A stretch of 64,000 nt of DNA from contig NZ_JAJQYA010000002.1 in NCBI RefSeq assembly GCF_021729155.1, positions 191,348 through 255,347 of the forward strand, given 5' to 3'. Shown piece by piece: positions 50,286 through 60,621 of this stretch; the stretch's first letter is position 1; the number at the start of each line of letters is the position of its first letter. Source of the DNA: Membranihabitans marinus (GTDB taxonomy: Bacteria > Bacteroidota > Bacteroidia > Chitinophagales > Saprospiraceae). The notes beneath the pieces were generated by a model. That model saw only the letters and a program-made list of their open reading frames with translations. It was not told the DNA's origin and did not search any database. A program made the translations under genes and the position numbers.

Positions 50286-51721
50286 GTGTTGATGTTGTCA
50301 GGGCCCATACGCTGAATCGCAGCTTGATAATTCGCCTGATTGACGGCTTGCTCAGATTCAGGATATAAATATCTCGCTGGATACCGACCTCCATTGAGAT
50401 TGTCAGGACCAGGTTTTAAATGCGGAATCCCAGTTCGACGTACATTAAACCATGCTTCGTGACCATTGCTGATTAAACTCAACCATTTCTGTGTCAGTAT
50501 TTTGTCTAAATGTTGCTCTCCATTTAATGCTATATTCTCCCTCGTAAAATAATCTTCTGGGATATCTGCTCCTAAATATTCAAAATGTGCCGTAATCCCA
50601 TTTACATAATACTCCTCTACATCCCCATCGATTAATCCACGTTCCACCGCTTCGGCTAAGGCAAATTGAAGCTCTGAATACAACATTATTTGACCGTCTA
50701 CACCATCGGCTACATCCCTGTATATAGATCCAAATAACGATATGTCGTTTAAATCAATTTGATTGGCCGCTATAGTCTCTCTGTTTTGACCATTGAGTAA
50801 TCCCTTGTATTGGGGATTCTTCGCACTGATGCTGGCCGCCGTTGGTTTGTATAAAATAGCCATTCGCGGATCATCCCATGAATGTAAAATCGAATCCACC
50901 GTTCGTGTCATCCGATGCTCTTGATATATACCCAGTCCAGCTTGGGACAACGGAAACTGATTCGGAGCCGCTCCGAGATAGGGAACAACGGCATTGTCCC
51001 CATTGCCACGCATAAGTGGAGCCGAATTAGCTAGATCCTCCAAAACACTGAAGTCGTCTATTTTATTGGAAATACGCAAGTAATATCTGACCTGCAATGC
51101 ATTGGCCAATCGAATCCATTGATCTAAATCATTGCCATACATCACATCACCTTGTATACGCGCCGTAGTTGAAGATAGGGTGCTGGCCGCCCGATTTAAA
51201 ATAGCCAATAACCCATTTTCATCATCTAAATATATATCTTCCTGCCTGTCGTATTGGGGTGTGGTGATACCTACACCTACCTTCAAGGCCTCAGTATAAG
51301 GTACATCACCCCATAAATCGGTAAGCTGTGAATAAATATAAGACTTTAAAATATCCCCAACCGCTTCATAGGCCTCATTGCTGGCTTCTACCGTCTGCAT
51401 GGATTCAATATCGGCCAATAAGTGGTAAAGTAAATTCCAATAAGTGGCATTACTTCCCAATTCGTATCGATCGATGCGCTCAAACTCTACACTTGCTGAA
51501 AATTGGGCTAAATAACTCGCTAACCTAAATCCTTGATTATAGGTGTTTTCATCCGCTAATACTGATATTACATTGGATAATAAAAACTGTGGATCGATGG
51601 ACTCCGACGCATTGGGATTTTGATTGATGCTTTCAAAATCACGACTGCAAGAAATTCCAATTCCAAAAAATATAATGAGAAATACAATATGGTTTTTCAT
51701 GGTATTAACTTTAAAATTCAC
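50261..51721 (-). CDS. SusD/RagB-family outer-membrane lipoprotein
   Basis: Lipobox (GISCSRD), TPR-like helical content, 486 aa. Lies immediately downstream of, and overlaps, a SusC-like gene. Confidence 0.85.
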   Translation of the reverse strand: MNFKVNTMKNHIVFLIIFFGIGISCSRDFESINQNPNASESIDPQFLLSNVISVLADENTYNQGFRLASYLAQFSASVEFERIDRYELGSNATYWNLLYHLLADIESMQTVEASNEAYEAVGDILKSYIYSQLTDLWGDVPYTEALKVGVGITTPQYDRQEDIYLDDENGLLAILNRAASTLSSTTARIQGDVMYGNDLDQWIRLANALQVRYYLRISNKIDDFSVLEDLANSAPLMRGNGDNAVVPYLGAAPNQFPLSQAGLGIYQEHRMTRTVDSILHSWDDPRMAILYKPTAASISAKNPQYKGLLNGQNRETIAANQIDLNDISLFGSIYRDVADGVDGQIMLYSELQFALAEAVERGLIDGDVEEYYVNGITAHFEYLGADIPEDYFTRENIALNGEQHLDKILTQKWLSLISNGHEAWFNVRRTGIPHLKPGPDNLNGGRYPARYLYPESEQAVNQANYQAAIQRMGPDNINTKVWWMTE

Positions 51722-54700
51722 TCTTTAAACTAATTCCAAAACTTCGAGTAGAAGGATAAGACATGTCCTCTACACCATAGGTGAAATTGCGCTCTTGTAC
51801 AGCATTGAGCTCAGGATCAAAATGTGGATTTTCTGTCCATAGCCATAAATTACTGCCCAAAAATCCCAATTTTAAACTTTGGAATCCAATGGCGGCACAG
51901 ATCTCTTCAGAAAAGCTATAATAAATTCCTATTTGCCGTAATTTTATATAACTGGCATCATAGAGAGCCGAAGCTTCATTGCCTCGATCATAGTAATTAT
52001 TGTAATATGTACTCGCCGGAACTACAGTAGTGTTTTCAACGTATTGGGGATTTTCATCACTGCCTATATTCACTACGCCATCGCCAATAATACCATTTTC
52101 ACGCCCCACTAGGGTTTCCGCCAAAACACCAGCGGTACTGCCTAGGGCCTTGGTTCGCGATACGATAGTCCCTCCCTGACGCCAATCGAATAATAGATTA
52201 AATGAAAAATTCTTATAAATCACTTCATTGCCCAGTCCCAAAGCGAAATCGGGATTGTAATTGCCCAATAACCGCAGTTGACCATCCTGAACCGGCAAAC
52301 CATTACTACCGTATAGCGTGCGGCCATCGACTTCTACAAATCCTGTACCGTACATGTCGCCAACACGTCCTCCTTCCTTGGCTATATAGAATACCTCGTT
52401 GGATCCGCCATCACCTCCGAAGATCTTGGCAGATCCAGTGACAAATTGATCGACTCCATTGGGCAATTCAGAAACCACACTCTCATATGTGGAAAAATTG
52501 ATATAGGCATTCCATTGAATATCATTGTTGCGTATCAAGCCACCACCAATTCGAGCTTCAAGTCCTTTGGTCACAACAATACCCCCATTTTCAATAATAT
52601 TGCCAAATCCCGTCGATTGGGAAATGGGACGACCGATGATTTGATTGATACTGGTATTTTCATAAATGGAAATTTCGGTTTGAATCCGATTGCCAAACAT
52701 CCACAATTCCATCCCTGCTTCCAAGGCGTTGAGTCGCTCTGGTTTTAACTCTGCATTCTTGAGGATGGTCTCATTGGTTACTCTAAAATTTGATCCGTAA
52801 TTTTGATTAAATAAAAAAGTATTGTTCAGTTGATAGGGATCGGTATCATTTCCTGCACTTGACATATTTACCCTTAATTTGAGGAAAGAAATATCCTCAG
52901 GAAGTTCAAAGGTATTGGATACTATAAAACTCAATCCCATCGAATAATAGGCAAAGGAATTGTCATCTATAGGTAAGGTACTGCTCCAATCGTTGCGCAA
53001 TGACATGTCCAAATACAATGAGGATAAATAACTCAAATTGATTAAACCGTAAAGACTATTGATTCTTTTGGTGAAATATTGACTATTTCCAACCAAGGGA
53101 TTTCTCGAGTTGGCCAGTGAGTAAATACCGGGGATGGAAAGTTGCGAAGCTTCGGCAAATTGATAATCGATTTTTTGGTCAAATCTATTGCCCCCAGCGG
53201 AAATCGAATAATTGATTTTATCTGCTATATTATTGGCATAGGTAAGGAGTAGGTCGGCATTGGTCTCTCGGTATTGTATCTGATCTTCTCGATAACTGCC
53301 GAATGGATTTCGGTTTGTACTGACTGCCCTTTGGAAATATCTATTGTCATGATAAATATCCAATCCATATCTAGTTCTCAAACTCAAATGTTCGGTAATG
53401 TCATAGTTGAGACTACCATTGCCCAATACTCTATTTTTATTGAAACTATTGGTGTTTTCAAATAACGTAAGGTAGGGATTGGTGAGCCATAGATAATTGA
53501 TGTCATAATGTTCTAGTCCTTCATATCCGGCTTGCCAGTAATTTGCCATTGAGGCGATATTGGTCTGCCTCCCCGTCCAATTGAATCCGTAAATTACATT
53601 TTCATAACCATAGCCCAGATTCGGTCTGTTGTTGCTTCTACTATTGACAAAACTGACATAACTGTCAAATTGAAGTTTGAGATGTAACTGTTGGTGAATA
53701 CCTATAGATATACCATCTCTTTTGAGGTCGGTATTAGGCAAAATCCCATTGTTGCGCAAGTTGTGGTAGGCGGCTCTAATTGATCCATTATCACCTTGAG
53801 ATTGAAAAGAAATATGATTTTGATTGGTGACTCCGGTTTCAAAAAAATCTCTAATATTATCTGGTCTCGATATCCATGGTGTCGGTGTCACAGGAGTATA
53901 ACTACCGTCGGCTAGTTGTCGAGAGAGAATATCGCCTGCCCGTACTACTTGGCCATTGATATCGGTCGATGGGCTGTCGAATTGGGGAATCATCAAACCA
54001 GCATCCAACTTGGGACCAAAACTCGATAATCCCCCATCGCTGATACCGGCTCCACTTCCATTGACAAAGGCGTATTGGCCGCCAGAACCTCCACCGTATT
54101 CATTTTGATAATCGGGCAAGGTCAATAGGGTTTCAAAGGTCAGTGAACTGGATAGGGTTATACCCATACCTTTTTTCTCACCTCCTCGTTTAGTATTAAT
54201 AACAACCACACCGTTGGCTGCTCTGGATCCATAAAGGGCAGCAGATCCCGCTCCTTTTAACACCGAGATGGATTCGATATCTTCTGGACTGATTTCCGCA
54301 GCCCCATTGCCAAAGTCAACTTCTTGTAGGGCGCCGTCATTGCTCAAGTCGCTGGTGATTAGTTGGTTGCTGATGGGGATGCCATCGACTACAAAGAGGG
54401 CTTGGTTGTCACCACTCAGTGAATTTTCACCCCGAATAATGATGCGTGACGAAGATCCTACTCCAGATGAGCCATTGGTTACCTGTAGTCCTGCTACCTG
54501 TCCTGCCAAACTATTGACCATATTGGTCATGGGCACTTGGGTAAATGCTTCTGCGCCCAGTTTTTCAACCGATGAGGAGAGGGCTTGTCTTTCCCGCTTG
54601 ATGCCAATGGCAGTCACTACAATTTCGTCAATTTGGCCGTAAGCTGTTTCCATCATTAAGCGGTCGGGAAACAATCCATTTTCGATAGTGAGTAGGACCT

Positions 54701-54956
54701 TGTTGTACCCTACATAGGAGACAATGATTTGAAAATCTTGTAAATCTGTAGTCAAGGTAAATTGTCCTACATCATCGGTGATGGCGTAGATAGATTGATC
54801 GACGATCTGGACCGAAGCCCCAATCAAGGGCTGGCCTTGATTGTCGACTACGGTAGATCGATAGTTAATAGTTTGTGAAAACAATGTACCTGCTGTCAAT
54901 GTGAGCAAGAATAATATATACGTTTTCATAAAAACTGATTTTAAAGTTATCGTCAT
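51711..54956 (-). CDS. SusC/RagA-family TonB-dependent outer-membrane transporter
   Basis: Signal peptide, a carboxypeptidase-regulatory-like N-domain, TonB box DEIVVTA, plug and a 22-strand barrel, with a terminal ...F. 1081 aa. True start may be MKTYILF at 54929. Confidence 0.9.
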   Translation of the reverse strand: MTITLKSVFMKTYILFLLTLTAGTLFSQTINYRSTVVDNQGQPLIGASVQIVDQSIYAITDDVGQFTLTTDLQDFQIIVSYVGYNKVLLTIENGLFPDRLMMETAYGQIDEIVVTAIGIKRERQALSSSVEKLGAEAFTQVPMTNMVNSLAGQVAGLQVTNGSSGVGSSSRIIIRGENSLSGDNQALFVVDGIPISNQLITSDLSNDGALQEVDFGNGAAEISPEDIESISVLKGAGSAALYGSRAANGVVVINTKRGGEKKGMGITLSSSLTFETLLTLPDYQNEYGGGSGGQYAFVNGSGAGISDGGLSSFGPKLDAGLMIPQFDSPSTDINGQVVRAGDILSRQLADGSYTPVTPTPWISRPDNIRDFFETGVTNQNHISFQSQGDNGSIRAAYHNLRNNGILPNTDLKRDGISIGIHQQLHLKLQFDSYVSFVNSRSNNRPNLGYGYENVIYGFNWTGRQTNIASMANYWQAGYEGLEHYDINYLWLTNPYLTLFENTNSFNKNRVLGNGSLNYDITEHLSLRTRYGLDIYHDNRYFQRAVSTNRNPFGSYREDQIQYRETNADLLLTYANNIADKINYSISAGGNRFDQKIDYQFAEASQLSIPGIYSLANSRNPLVGNSQYFTKRINSLYGLINLSYLSSLYLDMSLRNDWSSTLPIDDNSFAYYSMGLSFIVSNTFELPEDISFLKLRVNMSSAGNDTDPYQLNNTFLFNQNYGSNFRVTNETILKNAELKPERLNALEAGMELWMFGNRIQTEISIYENTSINQIIGRPISQSTGFGNIIENGGIVVTKGLEARIGGGLIRNNDIQWNAYINFSTYESVVSELPNGVDQFVTGSAKIFGGDGGSNEVFYIAKEGGRVGDMYGTGFVEVDGRTLYGSNGLPVQDGQLRLLGNYNPDFALGLGNEVIYKNFSFNLLFDWRQGGTIVSRTKALGSTAGVLAETLVGRENGIIGDGVVNIGSDENPQYVENTTVVPASTYYNNYYDRGNEASALYDASYIKLRQIGIYYSFSEEICAAIGFQSLKLGFLGSNLWLWTENPHFDPELNAVQERNFTYGVEDMSYPSTRSFGISLKSEF

Positions 54957-55948
54957 TTTAAATTGATGTATTGATAAGCTTGTTTCAACAACTGGGTTTT
55001 GCGGTTGAGATCAAGATTTAGGGGTAATTGAGCCAAACCCAATAGCCGTCTCATAACCTCTACTCCAGCACAAGCCAGACAGAGATCGACGTCGAGGGGA
55101 GCTTCGGTTTGATAGAGCTTAATTGCTGCATCGATGGTCGCTTGGTTTTGATCGGCCATCATTAAGTGGGCCAATAATACCCCAACTTCGAATTCGGGAA
55201 ATCCAAAAAAACAAAACTCAGGATCTATTATGTAAATACCACTATTGGTCTTTAGCCAGCTACCGGGAAAATAGTCTCCATGGAGTAGCGTGTCGCCATC
55301 GGCCAAATACCGCTGACCCAATTCTTCAATTTTGCTTTTAAGAGCGGTATCGGTTTTGTAATTCATCGCTACTTCCGCCAAACCAGGAGTGATGTTGTCC
55401 AAATCCAATCCATTGTCCATAATAAATGGATAATGAAAAATATGCTCGTGATTTAGTTTCCTCATTTCTCTATTGTGGATAACAAGTGGAGAATGATCAA
55501 CCTTAAATTGTTGATGAAGCCTGGCAATAAATGATACAATGGCTGTGAGATCTATTTTGTCGATTTTAGTCCCAGCCTTGTACAAGTGAGTAAAATCACT
55601 GGCAGCACCTAGATCTTCCAATAATAGAACATTGTTTTCAACGTCGGATTCTAGGATGCTTGGTGTTTGGGAGCTGAGTACTTCATCGGTTTGAACGAGT
55701 TGGTAAAAAGTCGCTTCTGATTGAATTCGATCTTCTGGAGCTGGAACTTGGGGATATTTTTCAACATAAGGTCGGCTCTGTTTAATGATAAATGTTCGGA
55801 TAGAAGTGACTACGCGAGCGGTGAAATTCATATTTCCTTCGCCGGGTACTTCTACCACATCTACGGTTTCACCATCTTGTAACCAAGATTGTGATTGTAA
55901 GTAATTTTGAATTTCAGAATTGTTGATGGTTAAGTGAGTGTAAATCAT
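54953..55948 (-). CDS. APH-fold kinase resembling the 5-methylthioribose kinase (MtnK) family
   Basis: GEGNMNFTARV, FIIKQSRPYVEKYP and LLHGDYFPGSWL....IIDPEFCFFGFPEFEVG align with MtnK blocks GDGNLNYVF, IIKQAVPYAKV and LIHGDLHTGS...VIDPEFAFYGPIGFDVG. The MtnK blocks are recalled from memory. 331 aa, shorter than the canonical 397. Confidence 0.55.
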   Translation of the reverse strand: MIYTHLTINNSEIQNYLQSQSWLQDGETVDVVEVPGEGNMNFTARVVTSIRTFIIKQSRPYVEKYPQVPAPEDRIQSEATFYQLVQTDEVLSSQTPSILESDVENNVLLLEDLGAASDFTHLYKAGTKIDKIDLTAIVSFIARLHQQFKVDHSPLVIHNREMRKLNHEHIFHYPFIMDNGLDLDNITPGLAEVAMNYKTDTALKSKIEELGQRYLADGDTLLHGDYFPGSWLKTNSGIYIIDPEFCFFGFPEFEVGVLLAHLMMADQNQATIDAAIKLYQTEAPLDVDLCLACAGVEVMRRLLGLAQLPLNLDLNRKTQLLKQAYQYINLK

Positions 55949-55977
55949 TTGATTCTGTTTTTTGGGTTTGAAAAAAT

Positions 55978-56901
55978 TTATAATAATGTTTGCATTAAGT
56001 TTCTATGATATTCTGGTACGACATCGTAGCAATATTTTACCCCATATCCAGGTTGATGATCACAGAGTAAATAATTTTTAAAGCTTTCTTTATCATTATC
56101 TACGATGGTATCGTCTATATGGATTTCGAGTCTGGCGTTTAAATTTTCCGAAATAATATCTTCTGGAGCAATGATGTAATGGCTGGCTAATACATCGAAA
56201 GGATTGAATCCTTCAGCTCCCTGATCGATCCACTGTGCCAACCAATTTCTAGAGTGCTTTTCCAAATATTGACAGCCCGCATCTCCAGTCTTCAATAAAT
56301 CCAAATCTCGAGCGGTAATCCAAACCTTATTCGATATTTCAAATGGACAAAGGGTAATGGAAACTCCCGCTTGAAACATGATTTGAAATGCCTGATTGTC
56401 GAGATCAAAGTTGAGGTCTCGAGCTCTATTTCCGCGATTGCCTATGCTGAAATAGTCGGTAGGTGATCTTCTGCCGGCTACCAAAACTACTTCTTGTATT
56501 TGATCCTTGAGCTCGGGATATTGAAGTAATAAGACTCCTATATTGGTCGCTGGACCAATGGCCATTATTGTCATTGGGCCTCGTTTAAGCTCTTCAGCTA
56601 GGGCGTCGACAGCCTCATTGTGTTCTATTTTTGCCAAGTCTATAGCTTGGCCATATCCTTTGAATACCGGGATGGAATAAGTGGCAAATTTTTCACTCAT
56701 TTCCACAGATAAAGCATAGGCGTTGTCTATAAGAGTATTGCCAAATACGGCACTAATGCCAGCAATATGGACGCTAGAAGAACGCATCAATTGCCACACC
56801 GCATATCCATCGTCGACATCGCAATAGCCACTGCGATGATGCCTTTTCATGCCGACGGATAAATCGGTGTCGATCCAGATTTTCTTTTTATTTGTAGTCA
56901 T
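55978..56901 (-). CDS. Nucleoside hydrolase (IU-NH family)
   Basis: N-terminal aspartate cluster WIDTDLSVG...DVDDGYA, compared with the DTDPGxDD consensus. 307 aa. Confidence 0.7.
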   Translation of the reverse strand: MTTNKKKIWIDTDLSVGMKRHHRSGYCDVDDGYAVWQLMRSSSVHIAGISAVFGNTLIDNAYALSVEMSEKFATYSIPVFKGYGQAIDLAKIEHNEAVDALAEELKRGPMTIMAIGPATNIGVLLLQYPELKDQIQEVVLVAGRRSPTDYFSIGNRGNRARDLNFDLDNQAFQIMFQAGVSITLCPFEISNKVWITARDLDLLKTGDAGCQYLEKHSRNWLAQWIDQGAEGFNPFDVLASHYIIAPEDIISENLNARLEIHIDDTIVDNDKESFKNYLLCDHQPGYGVKYCYDVVPEYHRNLMQTLL

Positions 56902-56936
56902 AGATTTGTATTTTATTATTTTGCTCTTACCGTTAT

Positions 56937-57689
56937 TTATGATGAAATAAAATTGGATGAAAGATCGCTTGCTATCCCATTCCAGAATTCGACTTCTGCT
57001 AGCACTCCTGTCGATTTGTCCTTCATAAAGTCAGATTTTTCCTTGTACACCTTGAGGTATCCAGCATCCATATAGGCTATTTCATCTCCCATTAATAAGG
57101 CTTCTTTGAGGTCGTGGGTCACAAATAGCGAGGTAATGTGAAATTGCTGGGCCAAAGATTTAAACAATGACTGCATGTTTTGCCTAGTCATGCTATCCAA
57201 ACTCCCAAAAGGTTCGTCTAACAGTAGGAGGGAAGGATTGGTGATGATGGCTCGACCAAAAGATACGCGTTGGCGTTGCCCGCCTGATAACTGTTGCGGC
57301 ATTTTGTGCTTATGGCCGGACAACTCTAAACTGTTGATCATAGATTCCACTTGGTCTTGAATTTCATCTTTGGATTTCTTCTGTATCCGAAGGCCGAAAG
57401 CGATGTTTTCAAAGACGGTGAGATGTGGAAACAGCAAGTCTTCTTGATATAGATATACGATATTCCTCTTTGCTGCTGGTTGTTCGGTAATGGTTTTATT
57501 GTTTAGACGAATAGTTCCAGAATCTGGTTTGATTAGACCTGCGATAATCTTTAGCATTGTCGTTTTGCCACAACCGGATTTACCCAAAATGCTTAAAGTT
57601 CGATTGTTCTCTAAGGTGAGTTGAAGATTCTTGACGATGGAATCGCTGCCAAATGCTTTGTTTATATTTTCAATGTGTAAGAAACTCAT
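56937..57689 (-). CDS. ABC transporter ATP-binding protein (importer type)
   Basis: Walker A GKSGCGKTT, LSGGQRQRV signature, Walker B LLLDEPFGSLD. Confidence 0.85.
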   Translation of the reverse strand: MSFLHIENINKAFGSDSIVKNLQLTLENNRTLSILGKSGCGKTTMLKIIAGLIKPDSGTIRLNNKTITEQPAAKRNIVYLYQEDLLFPHLTVFENIAFGLRIQKKSKDEIQDQVESMINSLELSGHKHKMPQQLSGGQRQRVSFGRAIITNPSLLLLDEPFGSLDSMTRQNMQSLFKSLAQQFHITSLFVTHDLKEALLMGDEIAYMDAGYLKVYKEKSDFMKDKSTGVLAEVEFWNGIASDLSSNFISS

Positions 57690-58456
57690 ATCAATTTGTT
57701 GAATACATATTTTTTATTGAAATAGATTAACAGGGCTGGTGGTAGAATAAGTAGACAACAGCTCATGGCACCGTAGTAAAAATTGGCTTCTTTAATAAAT
57801 AGAAACACCTTTATGGTCAATGTTTCCACCTTGCCTACACCGATAATGGAAGTTAAACCATATTCAAACCATGAGATTAAAAAGGTTTGAAAAAAGCAAA
57901 TCATCATTAGTGGACCGGCCATGGGGATTAATACTTTGGTATAAGTCGTCCAAGGATTGCCGCCCAGAGTAGCCACAAGGTTTTCGTATTCACGGGTTTG
58001 CTCTCCCCAATAACTGCTGAAAAATATTAGGGCGTAGGGAAAAGCTATAATAAATTGAGACAGAATGACTCCTGCAGTATTTCCAAATAAGCCTACTTTA
58101 ATGAAGTAAAAACTCAAGCAGGCTCCAAAGACCACTGGTGCTAATACATAGGGAAAGTAGGTGATCAATGTCCACAGTCGTTTTTTGGGATGATAATTGA
58201 CATATCGACTAATAAAAAAACCAGTAAGGGTAGCGGAAGTGGCTACCGAAAGAGAAATCACTAGAGAGAGGACAAAACTAGACAGCAATCCAGTTTCACC
58301 GCTGATGACTCGAGACCAGTTTCTGAGACCAAAATATTGAGGCCAAAGTTCTGGAAATCGCCAATCTGCAGAAAATGACAATATCAATAGATATATAAAG
58401 GGGAAAGCAATCAAAGCGATATAGATTCCCAAAGCTATATTTTTTACTTTAACCAT
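57686..58456 (-). CDS. ABC transporter permease
   Basis: Six TM helices and an EAA-like loop. Overlaps neighbours in an operon. Confidence 0.8.
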   Translation of the reverse strand: MVKVKNIALGIYIALIAFPFIYLLILSFSADWRFPELWPQYFGLRNWSRVISGETGLLSSFVLSLVISLSVATSATLTGFFISRYVNYHPKKRLWTLITYFPYVLAPVVFGACLSFYFIKVGLFGNTAGVILSQFIIAFPYALIFFSSYWGEQTREYENLVATLGGNPWTTYTKVLIPMAGPLMMICFFQTFLISWFEYGLTSIIGVGKVETLTIKVFLFIKEANFYYGAMSCCLLILPPALLIYFNKKYVFNKLI

Positions 58457-59327
58457 CTATTCGTATTGATTTTCGTCTTAAAAAAAGAAAAAGAGTCATG
58501 ATGGTTACCAGTACGGTATAAATTACGGCTACTACATAACCTTCTGATATTTTGGTTAAATCAAATTGTTTGAGTTCCCTGACTATGAGGACGGATAACA
58601 TTTGAGGGGATTCTTGACCTAGAATTAGCGGAATTTCATAAGCTCCTAAGAGAAATATATAATACAAGGCTATCAATGGCCAGGTTTTATGCAGTAGCAA
58701 TGGGATAGTGATACGACGTATGATTTGATTCGGACGACTTCCCAGTGAAGCGGCTAAAGATTCTAATTCTGCAATGCGTTCCGTTTTAAAAACCCCGATG
58801 AACAAGAGTAGAAAAAAGGGCATCACTACGCTGACAAAGGTAAGTATGATGCCGAAGCCAAAATCGTCGTTGATGAGGTCGGGAAATTCTTGGATATCTT
58901 TAATCCACCCTATTTGGTAGAACCATCTTGAAAAGTAACCTGATTTACTCAATATCTGAACGGCAAAAAAGGCAGATACAACACCGGGCAATGCCAGCGG
59001 TAAGTAGAGTAAAAATGATATCGTCTTATGTTGAATCTTTTTGTGAAACAGCAGGGTCAACCATAGGGCAATACCCACGGAAAATACCATGGCTATCAAT
59101 GCCATAAAGGCACTAAATCCAAAAGATTTAATAAATTCTCCCGATTCTAGGATTTCTTGCCAGTGCTCTATGGTGAATCCGCTATTGGCCACACCTACCA
59201 GTCCCAAACTATACAATAGGGCATAGATAAAGGATAGCGCAAAGGGGATGATGCCCAAAACTGCGAAAAACAATAAGCCTATATTTTGATATTTAGTTCT
59301 CAATGATATATTTTCTAAAGTCTTCAT
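58449..59327 (-). CDS. ABC transporter permease
   Basis: Six TM helices and an EAA-like loop (ELESLAASLGSRPNQIIRRITIP). Confidence 0.8.
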   Translation of the reverse strand: MKTLENISLRTKYQNIGLLFFAVLGIIPFALSFIYALLYSLGLVGVANSGFTIEHWQEILESGEFIKSFGFSAFMALIAMVFSVGIALWLTLLFHKKIQHKTISFLLYLPLALPGVVSAFFAVQILSKSGYFSRWFYQIGWIKDIQEFPDLINDDFGFGIILTFVSVVMPFFLLLFIGVFKTERIAELESLAASLGSRPNQIIRRITIPLLLHKTWPLIALYYIFLLGAYEIPLILGQESPQMLSVLIVRELKQFDLTKISEGYVVAVIYTVLVTIMTLFLFLRRKSIRIDG

Positions 59328-60510
59328 ACAATCTAATCATATACCTAGGGTCGGGTTCTTGGATAGCATATTCTTTCATATCATTCATCGAAATACCGTA
59401 TTCACGTCGGGTTATATTTTGAAATTTGGTTTTCCACTCATCTGGCAGTTGGTCGATATCCAATACGGTATTGGCATCCATGCCTTTGGGATCGGCTTTT
59501 TGTAATTGTGCTTCTGGCGACAACATATAATTTATAGCCACCAATGCCGCTTCTTTATTGGGAGCATTGTAGGCTATACCGAGATAATTGGTGTTTTTAA
59601 TAGTTCCGTTGGCCCAAGGATATGCTCTAGTAGTGTTGGGAAAAAGTCCCTGATGGATTTTATCATCGATAGCACCTTCGCCAAATCCAAAACCCAAATA
59701 GATTTCTCCATTGGCAAACATTTGGTCCATCTTGGTTTGCTCTTTGGGAAAAGTACTGCCTGCTTTCCATAAGTATGGTCGTATTTCTTCAATAAAGTCC
59801 CATAACTTTCCCGACCATTCTAGGTAATTATCTTCATTAAAAGGACCGTTTAGACCTTGGGAAGATCCACTTATTTCAGCTAAAAAAGACTTCAATAAAG
59901 TCATTCCAGAGAAATCATTGGATATGGTGAATGTTCCCGGATATTCTTGAACATAGGTTTTCAATTCGTCGAGGTTGGTGGGCGGATTGCTTATTTTGGC
60001 TGAATCGTATACCATAGCAAATTGGCTGATGGTCCAAGGACATTCCATATAATTGACTGGTTGTTGGAAGTCTATGCTGATAAATGGATCTTCGAAGTCT
60101 ACATATTGTGCATTGGGAAGACTTTCGACAAATGGGCCCCATAGTCCTTGTATTTGTCGAAGTTGAAAGAAGGTTTCACCGTTAATCCATACCATGTCTA
60201 CCTGTCCAGACTCCACATTGGCTTGTTTTTCGCCCATCATCAATTGCACAATCTCTGGCCCTTGACCTCCAATGACATTTAATTCAATATCGTAGTTGGC
60301 TTTCAATCGCGGTTTGACAAATTCCAAGATGTAATGATTGATCTCTGGAGAACCTTGCCACATCATAAAGTGGAGATCGGAACCTTTGGCTTGTTCCACT
60401 ATAGCCGACCATTCGGTGTTGGATAGATCTAAACTTGGTTTTTCCTGTGATGACTGACAAGCAGACCAAAGGCTGAAAACCAGTAATATATACCAGATAT
60501 TTTTCTTCAT
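59293..60510 (-). CDS. ABC transporter periplasmic substrate-binding lipoprotein
   Basis: Lipobox LWSACQSS. About 400-aa SBP fold. First gene of the minus-strand operon. Confidence 0.75.
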   Translation of the reverse strand: MKKNIWYILLVFSLWSACQSSQEKPSLDLSNTEWSAIVEQAKGSDLHFMMWQGSPEINHYILEFVKPRLKANYDIELNVIGGQGPEIVQLMMGEKQANVESGQVDMVWINGETFFQLRQIQGLWGPFVESLPNAQYVDFEDPFISIDFQQPVNYMECPWTISQFAMVYDSAKISNPPTNLDELKTYVQEYPGTFTISNDFSGMTLLKSFLAEISGSSQGLNGPFNEDNYLEWSGKLWDFIEEIRPYLWKAGSTFPKEQTKMDQMFANGEIYLGFGFGEGAIDDKIHQGLFPNTTRAYPWANGTIKNTNYLGIAYNAPNKEAALVAINYMLSPEAQLQKADPKGMDANTVLDIDQLPDEWKTKFQNITRREYGISMNDMKEYAIQEPDPRYMIRLYEDFRKYIIEN

Positions 60511-60621
60511 ATGTTTTAAAATGCTATCGTTGGCCTACCGAAAATAATTATCGACGGAATGCCCAAATCACAAAGTGAGTATATATAAAATGCTGGTAGA
60601 AGAAGTTTGATTTCTAAAACA

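Noticed and set aside
49488-50315. ORFs 49488-49772, 49547-49813 and 50052-50315 from the six-frame track, as protein-coding genes
   Set aside because: They are translations of the tandem repeat (periodic GAITPE / CNHAGA peptides) and overlap one another in different frames. There is no independent coding signal.
54957-55948. Anti-sigma/ECF-sigma or SusR-type regulator associated with the SusC/SusD pair
   Set aside because: The gene directly upstream of susC is a kinase, not a regulator. SusC lacks an N-terminal STN/signalling extension, so the typical trans-envelope signalling PUL architecture is absent.
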